The translations under genes and the position numbers were made by a program. The notes under the pieces were generated by a model, which saw only the letters and a list, made by a program, of their open reading frames with translations, was not told where the DNA came from and searched no databases. Shown one piece after another: positions 1-14,139 of a stretch of 64,000 bases of DNA. The stretch spans positions 62,001 to 126,000 of the forward strand of contig NIVC01000539.1 in NCBI GenBank assembly GCA_002269645.1. Direction: 5' to 3'. Position 1 is the first letter of the stretch. Each line of letters starts with the position of its first letter. This stretch comes from Macrostomum lignano. Its lineage: Eukaryota.

Positions 1-347
1 CCTATTCGATCCAATAATTCCTCTATTCTGTCCCAAGAGTTTCCTTATTTAATCCCATGATTTTTTATCCCCTTTTCAATGTCATAACTTCCTCGTGATC
101 TGTTTGATCGCATATTTCCCCTTCTCAGGCATTCTTTCCACTAATTCGGCAGTTGAAGTTTAGAATATGTATGATGAAATAATTATAAATCAGTTCATCA
201 AATCAATTAGATTAATTTAAACCAACCCAATCCCCATTCTTCGCTTCTAATCCTATATCTTTTTGAAGCCGAGTTCATCCCCAACCCCTGCAATCTAAAA
301 CGCGGTCTCGCCCAGCCCCGCCAAAATCCCAACCCCACCCCTAGCAG

Positions 348-1626
348 ACTCGGTGCAGAAGCTGTTCACCCAGGCAGTTGCGGCAATCTGCAAGCGGCTC
401 AACCTTGAGCACGACTCCGCCCTGAAGATGGACTACGACACCACTCTGACTGCATTGGACGTGTTGAGCCACCTGGCCAGACTGCCAATCGGACAGGTGA
501 GCGGCCTCCTTCACCAATTTAATCGGCTAACGTTGGGAAAATATTTATGGTTGCTGGCATGGTCCAGTGCCAGCTGCTGTAGCTGGGGCTGGCGCAGCCG
601 GTTGCTGGCATAGTTCAGTGCCAGCTGCTGTAGCTGGGGCTGGCGCAGCTGGTTGCTGGCATGGTCCAGTGCCAGCTGCTGTAGCTGGGGCTGGCGCAGC
701 CGGTTGCTGGCATAGTCCAGTGCCAGCTGCTGTAGCTGGGGCTGGCGCAGCCGGTTGCTGGTCCAGTATATAATAATAATAATTGATGTGCAACCGACAG
801 CTCAGCCGCAGCTATTGCGCGGCGCATCTGAAGGCTGCGTACGGCTGTTCAGTACAAGGACTGGGGGGTCGCCACACGCACCCTCAATTACCCCAGCACC
901 CATTTTACAGCCAGCTGGGTGCACCAGTAAAGTAGTGTAAATATAGATTCTGTCATTAAGCATTGGCAACTGAAATTCCTGTCCTTCTGTAATTCCTCGC
1001 TAGAGTTCTCGCGAGGCCACTAAAGTACATCCCCCGCCGCCCAAACGCAGAGCTCATTCGGCGGGCCGCACAACACGCAGAACCTGTTGAAAAGCTGCGT
1101 CCGCTGGCTGTGCGACTTCATTAGCAGCCAGTGCGCCCGGCCCAGGCAGGAGCACTCGCGCTACCTGCACTCGCAAATCGTGGCCACGTACGACTGCTTG
1201 GCCCAGTGGGCGCTAAACTATCCCCAGCTACTGCTAGATGAGGACACCCTGATCTGCCTGCTGGAGATCATCGAGCTGGGCTTGTCGGGCTCCAAGTCGC
1301 GCGTCGAGCACCGAGGCGAGGCCACCAGGTTCGAGCCGAAGTGGCGCAAACAGAAGAGCCCGCATTCCGCGCGGCTGGCCCAGGCGGCCGAGTGCCTGCT
1401 GTCGCTAATCATGTCACAGGTGGGCGCCTTCCCGCCCGCGCTGGGGCCGCAGACCGCCTACGGCAGCCTGCTCACTGAGGAGTCCTTTCCCGACTGCCGG
1501 CGCAGGTGAGTCTGGGAAGACGGGTTGGCAAGACAGACAGACAGACAGACAGGCAGACAGACAGACAGACAGACAGACAGGCAGATAGACAGACAGACAG
1601 ACAGGCAGGCAGATAGACAGACAGGC

Positions 1627-1657
<31 letters not shown>

Positions 1658-1690
1658 GAGACAGACAGAGAGACAAACAGACAGACAGAA

Positions 1691-1729
<39 letters not shown>

Positions 1730-1730
1730 G

Positions 1731-1783
<53 letters not shown>

Positions 1784-4700
1784 GGCAGGCAGGCAGACAG
1801 ACAGGCAATGATGGCAAACATGTCACACAGACAGACAGCACCCCAGAAACCCTGGCCCCGCACCAGATACCTGGCCTTAAATGGCTCGCTAATCCTGGCT
1901 GTGCTGGAGCCGGTCAGCCAGAAGCGCACCCTGCCATCAGCCATCGTTATCGTCCGCGGCCCCTTCGGCCGCCAGGTCTGGCAGGCGGAGATGCGCGACG
2001 CGCCCAGACAGCAGCGGCCCCCGGCAGCGCCGCAGTCGGCCAGGCGGCCGCCACCCGATCCGTCTCTGCTGCCCTATTGGTGCTACACTGAGGGGCGCCG
2101 GGCGCCGCCGTATTTTCCTGCCGAGCCGCCTGGCCTGCCGGCTGTGCGCGCCGACGCCTCGGTGCCGACGCTGGCTTCGGTGACGCCAAATAGCGCCGAG
2201 GTGCTGCGGCTGATGGCGCAGGCGCGCGTGCCAAAGCGGCTACCCTGTGAGCGATTGATTTCTATTCGATTCCAGCATGCCTGAGTAGCTTCAATAGAAA
2301 GAGCATTGAGTTTTCAGTGTTTCCTATGGAAACTACTGCGCTTCCTATTGAAACTACTGTGCTTCCTATGGAAACTACTGTGCTTCCTATGGAAACTACT
2401 GTGCTTCCTATGGAAACTACTGTGCTTCCTATGGAAACTACTGTGCTTCCTATGGAAACTACTGTGCTTCCTATGGAAACTACTGTGCTTCCTATGGAAA
2501 CTACTGTGCTTCCTATGGAAACTACTGTGCTTCCTATGGAAACTACTGTGCTTCCTATGGAAACTACTGTGCTTCCTATGGAAACTACTGTGCTTCCTAT
2601 GGAAACTACTGTGCTTCCTATGGAAACTACTGTGCTTCCTATGGAAACTACTGTGCTTCCTATGGAAAAACCCCTGCATCCTATGGCCTGGATTCGGGCC
2701 ATTTCTAGTCACGTGACGATTGGTTAATCAGCCCTGTCCGATTCCTCCGCCCCGAAGGCCCCGAGACGCCGCAGTGCCGTCCACCCGCCTCGGCCAAAGA
2801 GTTCCAACCGGCCAGGCTCATCCTCACCCAGCTCGGCCTGCTGGACATCGCCTGCACTTTGGACTCCTCTACCCAGGAGTTCTTCGACCAGCTGAGCGAA
2901 CTCGACGGCCTCCCAGTGCGCAGCCTGCACCCGGCCGCGCTGTACTTTGTGCCCCGCGGAGCCTGCGCCAGCGACCCCGACCGCCTGCTGGCTGTTAGCT
3001 CCGCCGCCGCCGCCGCGTCCGCCGATTTCACCAGCTTCTGCCACGGCCTCGGCTGGGCCCGGCCAATCTGCCCGGCAATGTCGCCTACTGGTCGGACGCC
3101 GTGGCCGAGGTTGTGTTTCACAGGCCGAGCGGCCGTCCGCTTGAGCAGAGCCAGCCGGTGCTGGTCTGGCTGGAGGACGCCGAGGACCGGGCCGCTTTTC
3201 CCACCGATGCGCTGTGCCCGCGAGCCGATCCGCTGGTGTTCGTGGCCTGCCGAGACCGCCTGCTCAAGGTGAGCTGCTCTGGCGTGCTAATTGTTTGATC
3301 TTTATCTATGCAGGCTAGATTAGCAATCCATTCTCATGTTAGCTAGATTAGCAATCCATTCTCATGTTAGCTAGATTAGCAATCCATTCTCATGTTAGCT
3401 AGATTAGCAATCCATTCTCATGTTAGCTAGATTAGCAATCCATTCTCATGTTAGCTAGATTAGCAATCCATTCTATTCCTGCATCCATAATGTGAGCTAG
3501 ATAAGCAATCAATTCTCATGTTAGCTAGATTAGCAATCCATTCTTTTCTGAATCCATGATGGGCTAGATTAGCAATCCAGTCTATTTCTGCATCCATGAT
3601 AGGCTAGATTAGCAATCCAGTCTATTTCTGCATCCATGATAGGCTAGATTAGCAATCCATTCTATTCTGAATCCATGATGGGCTAGATTAGCAATCCAGT
3701 CTATTCCTGCATCCATGATGGGCTAGATTAGCAATCCATTCTATTCCTGCATCCATGATGAGCTAGATTAGCAATCCATTCTATTCCTGCATCCATGATG
3801 GGCTAGATTAGCAATCCATTCTATTCCTGCATCCATGATGGGCTAGATTAGCAATCCATTCTATTCCTGCATCCATGATGAGCTAGATTAGCAATCCATT
3901 CTATTCCTGCATCCATGATGGGCTAGATTAGCAATCCAGTCTATTCCTGCATCCATGATGGGCTAGATTAGCAATCCATTCTATTCCTGCATCCATGATG
4001 AGCTAGATTAGCAATCCATTCTATTCCTGCATCCATGATGGGCTAGATTAGCAATCCATTCTATTCCTGCATCCATGATGGGCTAGATTAGCAATCCAGT
4101 CTATTCCTGCATCCATGATGGGCTAGATTAGCAATCCATTCTATTCCTGCATCCATGATGGGCTAGATTAGCAATCCATTCTATTCCTGCATCCATGATG
4201 GGCTAGATTAGCAATCCAGTCTATTCCTGCATCCATGATGGGCTAGATTAGCAATCCATTCTATTCCTGCATCCATGATGAGCTAGATTAGCAATCCATT
4301 CTATTCCTGCATCCATGATGGGCTAGATTAGCAATCCATTCTATTCCTGCATCCATGATGGGCTAGATTAGCAATCCAGTCTATTCCTGCATCCATGATG
4401 GGCTAGATTAGCAATCCATTCTAATTAACCAGTCCCAATCCCTCAGGTGCTAGAGGTGTCCATGGGCCCGAACGCGAACTGCAAGCCGGCCGCTCCGCTG
4501 GACTTCGCTCCGCCGCTGCTCAAAGGCCTGGTTGTGCCGCTGCGCACCGCGCCCTGCTTGGTCCGACAGGCCATCCTGAACTGGTCAGCCCGGAGGCGCC
4601 TTCACATGGCGTACGCGGCCTCTGGCCACGGCAAGTCCAGCACGGGCAGCCCAGACCCAGGCGAGCCGTTTCCGCACACAATCCGGCAGCGCAAGATCCA

Positions 4701-4800
4701 GGAGATTCAGCGCAGCGGTGAATCTGTTAGAGGCGACTCGCTGCTGCTCATGCTAATGCGGGCGCCGGACTCCGCAGCTGAGCGGGCTCTGGCGCACTGA
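348..4800 (+). CDS. RALGAPB: Ral GTPase-activating protein subunit beta, 3' part (5' exons lie outside the window). Exons ~348-496, 1051(or 1081)-1505, 1831-~2246, ~2709-3268 (frameshift near 3057-3087), 4447-4800
   Basis: Translations match remembered RALGAPB motifs in order: [18 protein letters not shown] (cf. CSRPAPLHSRDLHSMIVA), [120 protein letters not shown] borders at 497, 1049-50, 1506, 1829-30, 3269, 4445-46; stop TGA 4798-4800. The junction between ~2228-2247 and ~2709-2732 is not phase-resolved. Confidence 0.9.
549..765. repeat. 51-bp minisatellite, ~4 copies
   Basis: GGTTGCTGGCATGGTCCAGTGCCAGCTGCTGTAGCTGGGGCTGGCGCAGCC. Confidence 0.95.
769..930 (-). mobile_element. CORE-type SINE (family A), 5'-truncated copy with (ATT)n tail
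   Basis: Near-identical to 9176-9350, 28092-28292 and 40915-41140; located in an RALGAPB intron. Confidence 0.8.
1530..1804. repeat. (CAGA)n microsatellite
   Basis: Direct inspection. Confidence 0.97.
2320..2668. repeat. 21-bp minisatellite, ~16 copies
   Basis: CTTCCTATGGAAACTACTGTG. Confidence 0.97.
3312..4422. repeat. 28-bp grading into 40-bp minisatellite
   Basis: GCTAGATTAGCAATCCATTCTATTCCTGCATCCATGATGG. Confidence 0.97.
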
Positions 4801-5123
4801 TTGATTCTCCTAATCATTTTATAGCTCTAGTTTTACTACGCCCGCCCCCGCATTCCGCACTAATCACTCTGATGATGATTAACGCGCTCAGGGTTTGAAT
4901 TCGTTGCTCTATTTTTATCATTTAACAATCCGCACTGATGGTTGATGATTCCCGCCTGTACGCTTTGTTGGCTAACCATATCATTATTCATCTAAGAAGT
5001 CGCTGCTCTTACTGATGGCTGATTGCCTAATTTTAATCCGTCTATTGAGGTTCAATCGGTTTATTAGGTTGTTGCCTTCAGCTAACATTCAATATTCACT
5101 ACTGTGTCTGGTGTTGTTTTCTT

Positions 5124-5480
5124 TGACTGATTGACATTTGTGCGTCAAATCTGATTGATTGATTGATTGTCATTTGTGCGTCAAATCTGATTGATTGATT
5201 GATTGGCATTTGTGCGTCAATTCTGATTGATTGATTGGCATTTGTGCGTCAATTCTGATTGATTGATTGGCATTTGTGCGTCAATTCTGATTGATTGATT
5301 GGCATTTGTGCGTCAATTCTGATTGATTGATTGGCATTTGTGCGTCAATTCTGATTGATTGATTGGCATTTGTTTGTCAAATCTGATTGATTGATTGATT
5401 GGCATTTGTGCGTCAAATTTTATTGATTGTTGGTTGATTGGACTTCGTGCGTAAATGTTAATTGATTGATTGATTGATTG
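5124..5480. repeat. ~32-bp minisatellite with (GATT)n core
   Basis: CTGATTGATTGATTGGCATTTGTGCGTCAATT. Confidence 0.93.
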
Positions 5481-5894
5481 ACATGTCGTGTTTGAAAAAA
5501 TCTTTTCGCTTGCTGCATCAGGTGCCAGTCTATCAGCCAGCGCTGAGTATTTTCGGGTGTTTCGCTTCGTCCTTAGCCAGTTAACCAGTGCCGCTGCTAG
5601 TCTCTGCTGCAATTAATCACCCCGCTCAACAGTCCAATAGCTATTGATATATTATCTGGTTTCCTGTGCTTATATTCAAGTCTAATTGGCTATTTTTATA
5701 TTTTGTTATGCGCGAATATGCGTGTATTCAGATCTGTATGTACGAGCGTACTTGTGTATAAATACGGCGGAATTATGATATTTATTGTTCATTGTCACAG
5801 GATGCGAATCTTTCTGTTTTATATAATTTGCTGCAGTTTGTGTTCAAATTAGTCATTGTTCATGCTGATGGTCGATCTGATTTCTGTTTGTCTG

Positions 5895-6722
<828 letters not shown>

Positions 6723-7164
6723 CAGGCAGTAACTAATGCTTCTCTATTTTTTATGTTGGTTGGTCAGCAATGCTCGGATAGTGACACGGCCGCCTTACTC
6801 ACACTCGCACTATCGCAACGCGCCTGACCGTGCCATGGTCCAGTGCTATCTTGGCACTCAAACTCCAAGTACCGCCGGATCCGACCATATATCTTTAACT
6901 GTGCAAATAGAAACAGCTTTTGTTAACGTTTGTTATTTCAGATTTAGAGTTTCTGTTTCTGCGTTTGATTTAATATTTATATGTGATCATTGCAGAGTGA
7001 AAATGCTTTGCCGTTTTTAACTTAAATCTTTGCTTGATTGTCTTTTTTCTGAATGCATATGTAGAAGTTGCTGTAGAAGTGTATTGAGATGAAGTAAAGG
7101 GTTGGCTTCAGTCTCTTTTAAAGAGTTGTGTTGAAGTTCTTCGTTGAAAGGTTTGAATTTTTCA

Positions 7165-8362
7165 GTTGAAGGTCTCTGCTGAAGTGTGGAGTTGAAGGTC
7201 TCTGTTGAAGTGTGGAGTTGAAGGTCTCTGTTGAAGGGTGGAGTTGAAGGTCTCTGTTGAAGGGTGGAGTTGAAGGTCTCTGTTGAAGGGTGGAGTTGAA
7301 GGTCTCTGTTGAAGGGTGGAGTTGAAGGTCTCTGTTGAAGGGTGGAGTTGAAGGTCTCTGTTGAAGGGTGGAGCTGAAGGTCTCTGTTGAAGGGTGGAGT
7401 TGAAGGTCTCTGTTGAAGTGTGGAGTTGAAGGTCTCTGTTGAAGGGTGGAGTTGAAGGTCTCTGTTGAAGGGTGGAGTTGAAGGTCTCTGTTGAAGGGTG
7501 GAGCTGAAGGTCTCTGTTGAAGGGTGGAGCTGAAGGTCTCTGTTGAAGTGTGGAGTTGAAGGTCTCTGTTGAAGGGTGGAGTTGAAGGTCTCTGTTGAAG
7601 GGTGGAGTTGAAGGTCTCTGTTGAAGGTCTCTGTTGAAGGGTGGAGTTGAAGGTCTCTGTTGAAGGGTGGAGTTGAAGGTCTCTGTTGAAGGGTGGAGTT
7701 GAAGGTCTCTGTTGAAGGGTGGAGTTGAAGGTCTCTGTTGAAGGGTGGAGCTGAAGGTCTCTGTTGAAGGGTGGAGTTGAAGGTCTCTGTTGAAGTGTGG
7801 AGTTGAAGGTCTCTGTTGAAGGGTGGAGTTGAAGGTCTCTGTTGAAGGGTGGAGTTGAAGGTCTCTGTTGAAGGGTGGAGCTGAAGGTCTCTGTTGAAGG
7901 GTGGAGCTGAAGGTCTCTGTTGAAGTGTGGAGTTGAAGGTCTCTGTTGAAGGGTGGAGTTGAAGGTCTCTGTTGAAGTGTGGAGTTGAAGGTCTCTGTTG
8001 AAGGGTGGAGTTGAAGGTCTCTGTTGAAGGGTGGAGTTGAAGGTCTCTGTTGAAGGTCTCTGTTGAAGGGTGGAGTTGAAGGTCTCTGTTGAAGTGTGGA
8101 GTTGAAGGTCTCTGTTGAAGGGTGGAGTTGAAGGTCTCTGTTGAAGGGTGGAGTTGAAGGTCTCTGTTGAAGGTCTCTGTTGAAGGGTGGAGTTGAAGGT
8201 CTCTGTTGAAGGATGGAGCTGAAGGTCTCTGTTGAAGGGTGGAGTTGAAGGTCTCTGCTGAAGGGTGGAGTTGAAGGTCTCTGTTGAAGGGTGGAGCTGA
8301 AGGTCTCTGTTGAAGGGTGGAGCTGAAGGTCTCTGTTGAAGGGTGGAGTTGAAGGTCTCTGT
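7165..8362. repeat. 26-bp minisatellite
   Basis: GAAGGTCTCTGTTGAAGGGTGGAGTT. Confidence 0.97.
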
Positions 8363-9175
8363 TAACAGTCAAATTGTTTATTATTGCTTTGAAAAGACCG
8401 TATTGGCTTGGCTTGTTTACAGTAGTACGGACTGGTTCGAATTTGGCAAGCGAAAATTGCAAATTGATGGCTAGAATGCTGGTTTTCTTCGACAGCGCAG
8501 CTGCGCTCCGGCCCTTGTGATTCATAGTATGAGCCATGTCATTGTGTGATTGGGACTTGTCAATATTTTATGCTAAATAGAGCCTAATGCTATTGCAATG
8601 AAGTTGGTGGTGGCTAATTAAAATAGCAGCATACTCAAAGCTACTCAAGGCTCTTAAAATTGGTCATTGCCAATTTGCTATCACAGGTGGCTCGCAGTCT
8701 GGCCGAGTGGAGACCAGCAGCTTTTCAGCGGGCGGTGTTTGTTTCTAATTAGGAATCTCGTCATTTAAATTTTCCTTATCCAGACCGGCCGTAAACAGCT
8801 CCAAAGAGAAAAAGTGCAAACGCACCTATTGATACATTTCGCTCAGTATGCTGTACGAGGCTTTCTTACAGTAGGATTACCAAGCTATTTTCCAATCCTA
8901 GCGTACCAAGCGTACAGAGAGAGCCGAAATGTTTCCACGATACATTCAACTTCGGGTCCTCATTGTATTTTTAGACCAGTTCTGTGCCTAATTGCCAAAG
9001 AGCCTTTCGCGGACCTCAATGGCGGATTTCTAGTTCATATACAATTAGTTCGTCATCAGTTTGACACCGTGAAATTGAAGTTCTTCAAACTTCATTTTTC
9101 AAGCGGCCTGTAAAAGACACTGTGATTTATGATTGAATTCTCCAAGCACCTGTTAGAACGTAATCAATGATGCTC

Positions 9176-9449
9176 AGATGTGCAACCGACAGCTCAGCCG
9201 CAGCTATTGCGCGGCGCATCTGAAGGCTGCATACGGCTGTTCAGTCCAAGGACTGGGGGGGGGGGGGTCGCCACACACACCCTCAATTACCCCAGCTAAT
9301 GCTGGCACCCATTTTACAGCTGGGTGAACTGAAGCAATGCAGAGTTAAGTGCCTTGCCCGAGGACACAAATTGTTATACGCTCGTAGTAAGTCGAGATTC
9401 GAACCCCCACCCTTCAAGTCGTAAGTTCGACGCTCCAACCACTAGGCTA
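9176..9449 (-). mobile_element. CORE-type tRNA-derived SINE (family A) with intact head
   Basis: Minus strand: A box TAGCCTAGTGG, B box GGTTCGAATCT, then GTGTCCTCGGGCAAGGCACTTAACTC...CAGCTGTAAAATGGG resembling the MIR CORE domain. Confidence 0.85.
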
Positions 9450-9472
9450 AAAACCCCGTAGGCTACCCCCGT

Positions 9473-9647
9473 ACTTAGCCCTGCATTGCTTGAGTTCAAC
9501 CAGCTGTAAAATGGGTACTGCAGCATTAGCTGGGGTAATAAGAATGTGTGGCGTCCTTGGACTGGACAGCCGTACGCAATGGCTGCGGCTGAGCTGTCGG
9601 TTGCACATCTGGCCATTAGGGCAGGTGTAATCAATTATTATTATCAG
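9473..9647 (+). mobile_element. Family A SINE, headless copy in opposite orientation to 9176-9449
   Basis: CAGCTGTAAAATGGG...GCTGAGCTGTCGGTTGCACATC followed by an ATT-repeat tail. Confidence 0.8.
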
Positions 9648-10214
9648 AATATTTAAACCTGCATTGCGCAACTTGCCTGCCAAATAATTGTGTTCATAGC
9701 TGTTTTGTCTTCTCAGTTGCAAAGGGCGTGCCGTGCAGTCAGTTGTATTCCTGTGTAATCACATGTAACAAAAGCATTTTATAGTAATACAATAACCTTA
9801 ACAATTTGCACGCTTTGCTTTGGTTTGAGTCGTCTGTGTTTAAATTCAAGTAAAATTCGAGCATAATGCGAACGTAACAGAATGAATGCAAATTCTGGCA
9901 TTTCTTGGGGGTAGAAATATACTAAATATCTATATATTACGCAATGTCTGCTGCACTCAGCTATGCTAGGACCTTGCTAGTCCTTGCTTGAACCTTGCAC
10001 CACGTGATATGATACACTAAGAGAAAAATAAAATTTCAATAAGTAGAGCCAGAGCGATGCTCGCCCGTGACGCAACTCTAATAAGACAGAGTGTGTACAC
10101 TCGTACATGTCGCTGAACAACCTGTTTCAGCTCATGCCTGTGTACAGTGTACGTGTCCTTGCGGGCCTGACTGCTTAGGGGCCAACGGAACGAGCCAGAC
10201 TGCTTGCTTCGGAT

Positions 10215-10523
10215 TTCGGGGGGAATTGCTGAGATGTCTAGGCTTACGGGGGAATTGCTGAGATGTCAAGGCTTACGGGGGAATTGCTGAGATGTCTAGG
10301 CTTACGGGGGAATTGCTGAGATGTCAACGCTTAAAGGGGGAATTGTTGAGATGTCAACGCTTAAAGGGGGGATTGCTTAGATATCAAGGCTTACGGGGGA
10401 ATTGCTGAGATGTCAAGGCTTACGGGGGGATTGCTGAGATGGCAAGGCTTACGGGGGGAATTGCTGAGATGGCAAGGCTTACGGGGGGAATTGCTGAGAT
10501 TTCAAGGCTTATGGGGGAATTGT
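10215..10523. repeat. ~30-bp minisatellite (dispersed family, inverse copies at 31600-32520)
   Basis: GGGGGAATTGCTGAGATGTCAAGGCTTAC. Confidence 0.93.
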
Positions 10524-11493
10524 TTAGATTCTGTGCGGTACCACAAATTGAAATGCGCCGACTTCTGATGACAGACACTAACACAAAATTATAGTAGATT
10601 TATCATATATAAGTCATTCGCGCTGCACAATTGCAAAATATAGGTAAGCTACAATACTACTATATGCCGTGCTATCTTATCGAATTTATCAAAGCCCGAT
10701 CATGGGGAGAGAGAGGGGGCCACGCTAACCACCTCAGGAGCTGCACTGCCTGGCAACTCAAATTTGAAACATTCTTCTCTGTGCGCTAAAGGCCTGTGTG
10801 TGTGGGGGGGGGTCTTTTGAGCCTCTGACGGTTGTGAGAAATACTCAATAGGCTAACAGCTGCAGCGGCAGCCGAACATGGGGCTGGTACGTGGGAGGGG
10901 GTGGCTGCCACTGATTGCTCCTATACCTGCGTCCCAGGAGGGTCCCCATGCTGTCAGTACCCGGCCTCTGTGCATGCACTTCGCCAGAGCGCACGTGCGA
11001 AGAACGCCGCCCACTCTCCGCATGGCCAGTGAAGCTATTTGCCCGATTTGAGTGCCCCTCTACCCCAGTGGGACCCGCGGCCAGCGACCAATCGGGGTGG
11101 GGGGGGGGCGGGCGGCGGTTGCCGACAGGCCCGCACTCTTGGCCTTTTTCTCGCTCTAATAACTCTATCTATCTGTCCGTCTGTTTAGAGAGAGCAGTGT
11201 ATTTTATGATTGCAAGCGAACTATATAGGTAAATTAGTAGAATTATCGGAACCGCTGGGCCCAAATAGCAAATCGAATTACCTGCGACAGAAAAACACGC
11301 TCTTGCTCAGGCATTCACCTGGCGCTAGTCTATGTGCTTCACGTTTACCTGCGCTCAACGAATGCTTGGGCAGATCGAGATCTGACTATAGAATATCCAT
11401 AGTCATTGCACAGCTGTCTCTGTTTAATTGGCAGATTGTAATAATAAATCTAGATACTAAATTCAGCGCAGTTCCACACTTCGGGTTGTCGGC

Positions 11494-14046
11494 ATGACCT
11501 GCTGTTTCGCGCCGGACCCGGATGCCGACAAGGCGGCCAGACGGGACAGGGAGATCACCAGGATCACGAAGGAGGACTTCAAGGAGAAGCAGAAAGTTAT
11601 TCAGCTTCTGCTGCTTGGTGAGCGGCACTATTCTGGAGTTTATTAATGGAATGTTCCAGAGAACTGAACGGACAGGGGGTTTGATAGCGAGGACGGAAGG
11701 AGAGGGCCCTAATGGCAGGTAGAGAGAAGGTCCTAATGGTAGGTAGAGAGAAAGTCCTAATGGCAGGTAGAGAGAAAGTCCTAATGGCAGGTAGAGAGAA
11801 GGTCCTAATGGCTGGTAGAGAGAAGGTCCTAATGGCTGGTAGAGAGAAGGTCCTAATGGCAGGTAGAGAGAAGGTCCTAATGGCAGGTAGAGAGAAGGTC
11901 CTAATGGCTGGTAGAGAGAAGGTCCTAATGGCAGGTAGAGAGAAGGTCCTAATGGCAGGTAGAGAGAAGGTCCTAATGGCAGGTAGAGAGAAGGTCCTAA
12001 TGGCTGGTAGAGAGAAGGTCCTAATGGTAGGTAGAGAGAAGGTCCTAATGGCAGGTAGAGAGAAGGTCCTAATGGTAGGTAGAGAGAAGGTCCTAATGGC
12101 AGGTAGAGAGAAGGTCCTAATGGCAGGTAGAGAGAAGGTCCTAATGGCAGGTAGAGAGAAGGTCCTAATGGCTGGTAGAGAGAAGGTCCTAATGGCAGGT
12201 AGAGAGAAGGTCCTAATGGCAGGTAGAGAGAAGGTCCTAATGGCTGGTAGAGAGAAGGTCCTAATGGTAGGTAGAGAGAAGGTCCTAATGGCAGGTAGAG
12301 AGAAGGTCCTAATGGCAGGTAGAGAGAAGGTCCTAATGGCAGGTAGAGAGAAGGTCCTAATGGCTGGTAGAGAGAAGGTCCTAATGGCAGGTAAAGAAAG
12401 GGTCCTAATGGCAGGTAAAGAAATGGTCCTAATGGCAGGTAGCGAAATTGTCCTAATGGCAGGTAGAGAAAGGGTCCTAATGGCAGGTAGAGAGAAGTCG
12501 CGCTGCTTCCAGGCCTTGGGAGGCTCAAATTTCAAGCGGGATCTGTCATTATTGCTACTCTGGCATCGGTCTGGAACTGGAAAATCGTTTTTTCTCATTT
12601 TTCACCTCGTGACATTGCCATGTCACGCGAAAGAGCTTCTTAAGATTTCGTATTTTTTGCTTCAATGTGTTGCTGCTTCATTTATTTTGTTTCGAGTCTC
12701 TAAAAAGCAAGATTGACGCCTAGAAAATTAAATTATACTCGAGTTAGTTCTTTGCTTTCTTCGCCTCGTCCAAGAGACGAAACAATTCTCACTCGTCTAT
12801 AAATTCTTACTTATTTCATTTTTCTGGATTAGAACAGCTCACCTTTAAGAGTCTGCTTTGCTAATAAAGTAATTACCTGGTTTCCTAAATCCTCCTTTAA
12901 ACTGCAGTAGACTTAATTCTGCTGCCTGGTCGACCATTGTAGCTTGGATGCAATTTCCGGGCGAAAGTGCCGAGAAGAGCATCTTCAAAGGGACTAATCT
13001 CTTTATTTAATCTAGTCACATTCGAAATTTATTGAATAGCTGAATTTTGAATAGCCGTTCTTAGCTTGTAATAGGCAGCGCTTTGTTTATGGTAGAAGTG
13101 GATAGGCCATGGCAACCACAGTCACATGATGGCGGCCTAATGGGCTTTGTTTATGGTAGAAGTGGATAGGCCATGGCAACCACAGTCACATGATGGCGGC
13201 CTAATGGGCTTTGTTTATGGTAGAAGTGGATAGGCCATGGCAACCACAGTCACATGCTGGTGGCCTAATTGGCTTTGCTTAGGGTAGAATTGGATAGTCT
13301 GTGGCAACCACAGTCACATGCTGGTGGCCTAATGGGCTTTGTTTATGGTAGAAGTGGATAGTCTATGGCAACCACAGTCACATGCTGGTGGCCTAATGGG
13401 CTTTGTTTATGGTAGAAGTGGATAGTCTATGGCAACCACAGTCACATGCTGGTGGCCTAATGAGCTTTGCTTAGGGTAGAATTGGATAGTCTGTGGCAAC
13501 CACAGTCACATGCTGGTGGCCTAATGGGCTTTGTTTATGGTAGAAGTGGATAGTCTATGGCAACCACAGTCACATGATGGTGGCCTAATGGGCTTTGTTT
13601 AGGGTAGAAGTGGATAGTCTTTGGCAACCACAGTCACATGCTGGTGGCCTAATGGGCTTTGTTTAGGGTAGAAGTGGATAGTCTATGGCGGCCACTATCC
13701 CGTGGTTATTGTTTCGCATACTTTTATTAAATAAAAAGTAAAGAGTAAATTTATTACTTTTAGCTGTGATTGAGTGTTACAGAGCAGGCCATTGCTAGCT
13801 GGCCCCTTATGCTTGGAAAATGTTAACAATATCAGCTAAAAACCTCTTTTCGATTTTTTTAGTGCGCACTTGGCGCCAATCTTATTTTGTTCGCACAGGT
13901 AAGGCAAGCGGGAATGGAATGGGTTTAGGGGTTCCCTAGGCCCGCGTTAGAAACACAAGCTAAGAGACTTATCTGCTTTTTTCTTCTCCCCCGTTTCTGA
14001 TATGAGAAGTCAAGCTTTGATAGTTGAGTAAAATAAAACTCTTAGC

Positions 14047-14139
<93 letters not shown>

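Noticed and set aside
2317-2727. Mucin-like (PMETTVL)n ORF
   Set aside because: It is an intronic 21-bp array with ORFs in several frames on both strands; treated as non-coding unless reads show otherwise.
7017-8537. 506-aa minus-strand ORF
   Set aside because: About 80% is the 26-bp array, which simply lacks stops on that strand; no domain is recognisable.
9380-9449. tRNA genes at SINE heads (also 22940, 33740, 35340, 41160, 56780)
   Set aside because: The cloverleaves are incomplete and continue into SINE bodies or arrays; they are tRNA-derived, not tRNAs.
11460-11493. AG acceptors ~25 nt before the G-alpha ATG as a trans-splice site
   Set aside because: It cannot be distinguished from a cis-spliced 5'UTR intron (possible donor near 10886) without transcripts.
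11386-12716. Three overlapping 330-380-aa ORFs
   Set aside because: They are translations of the 24-bp array in G-alpha intron 1.
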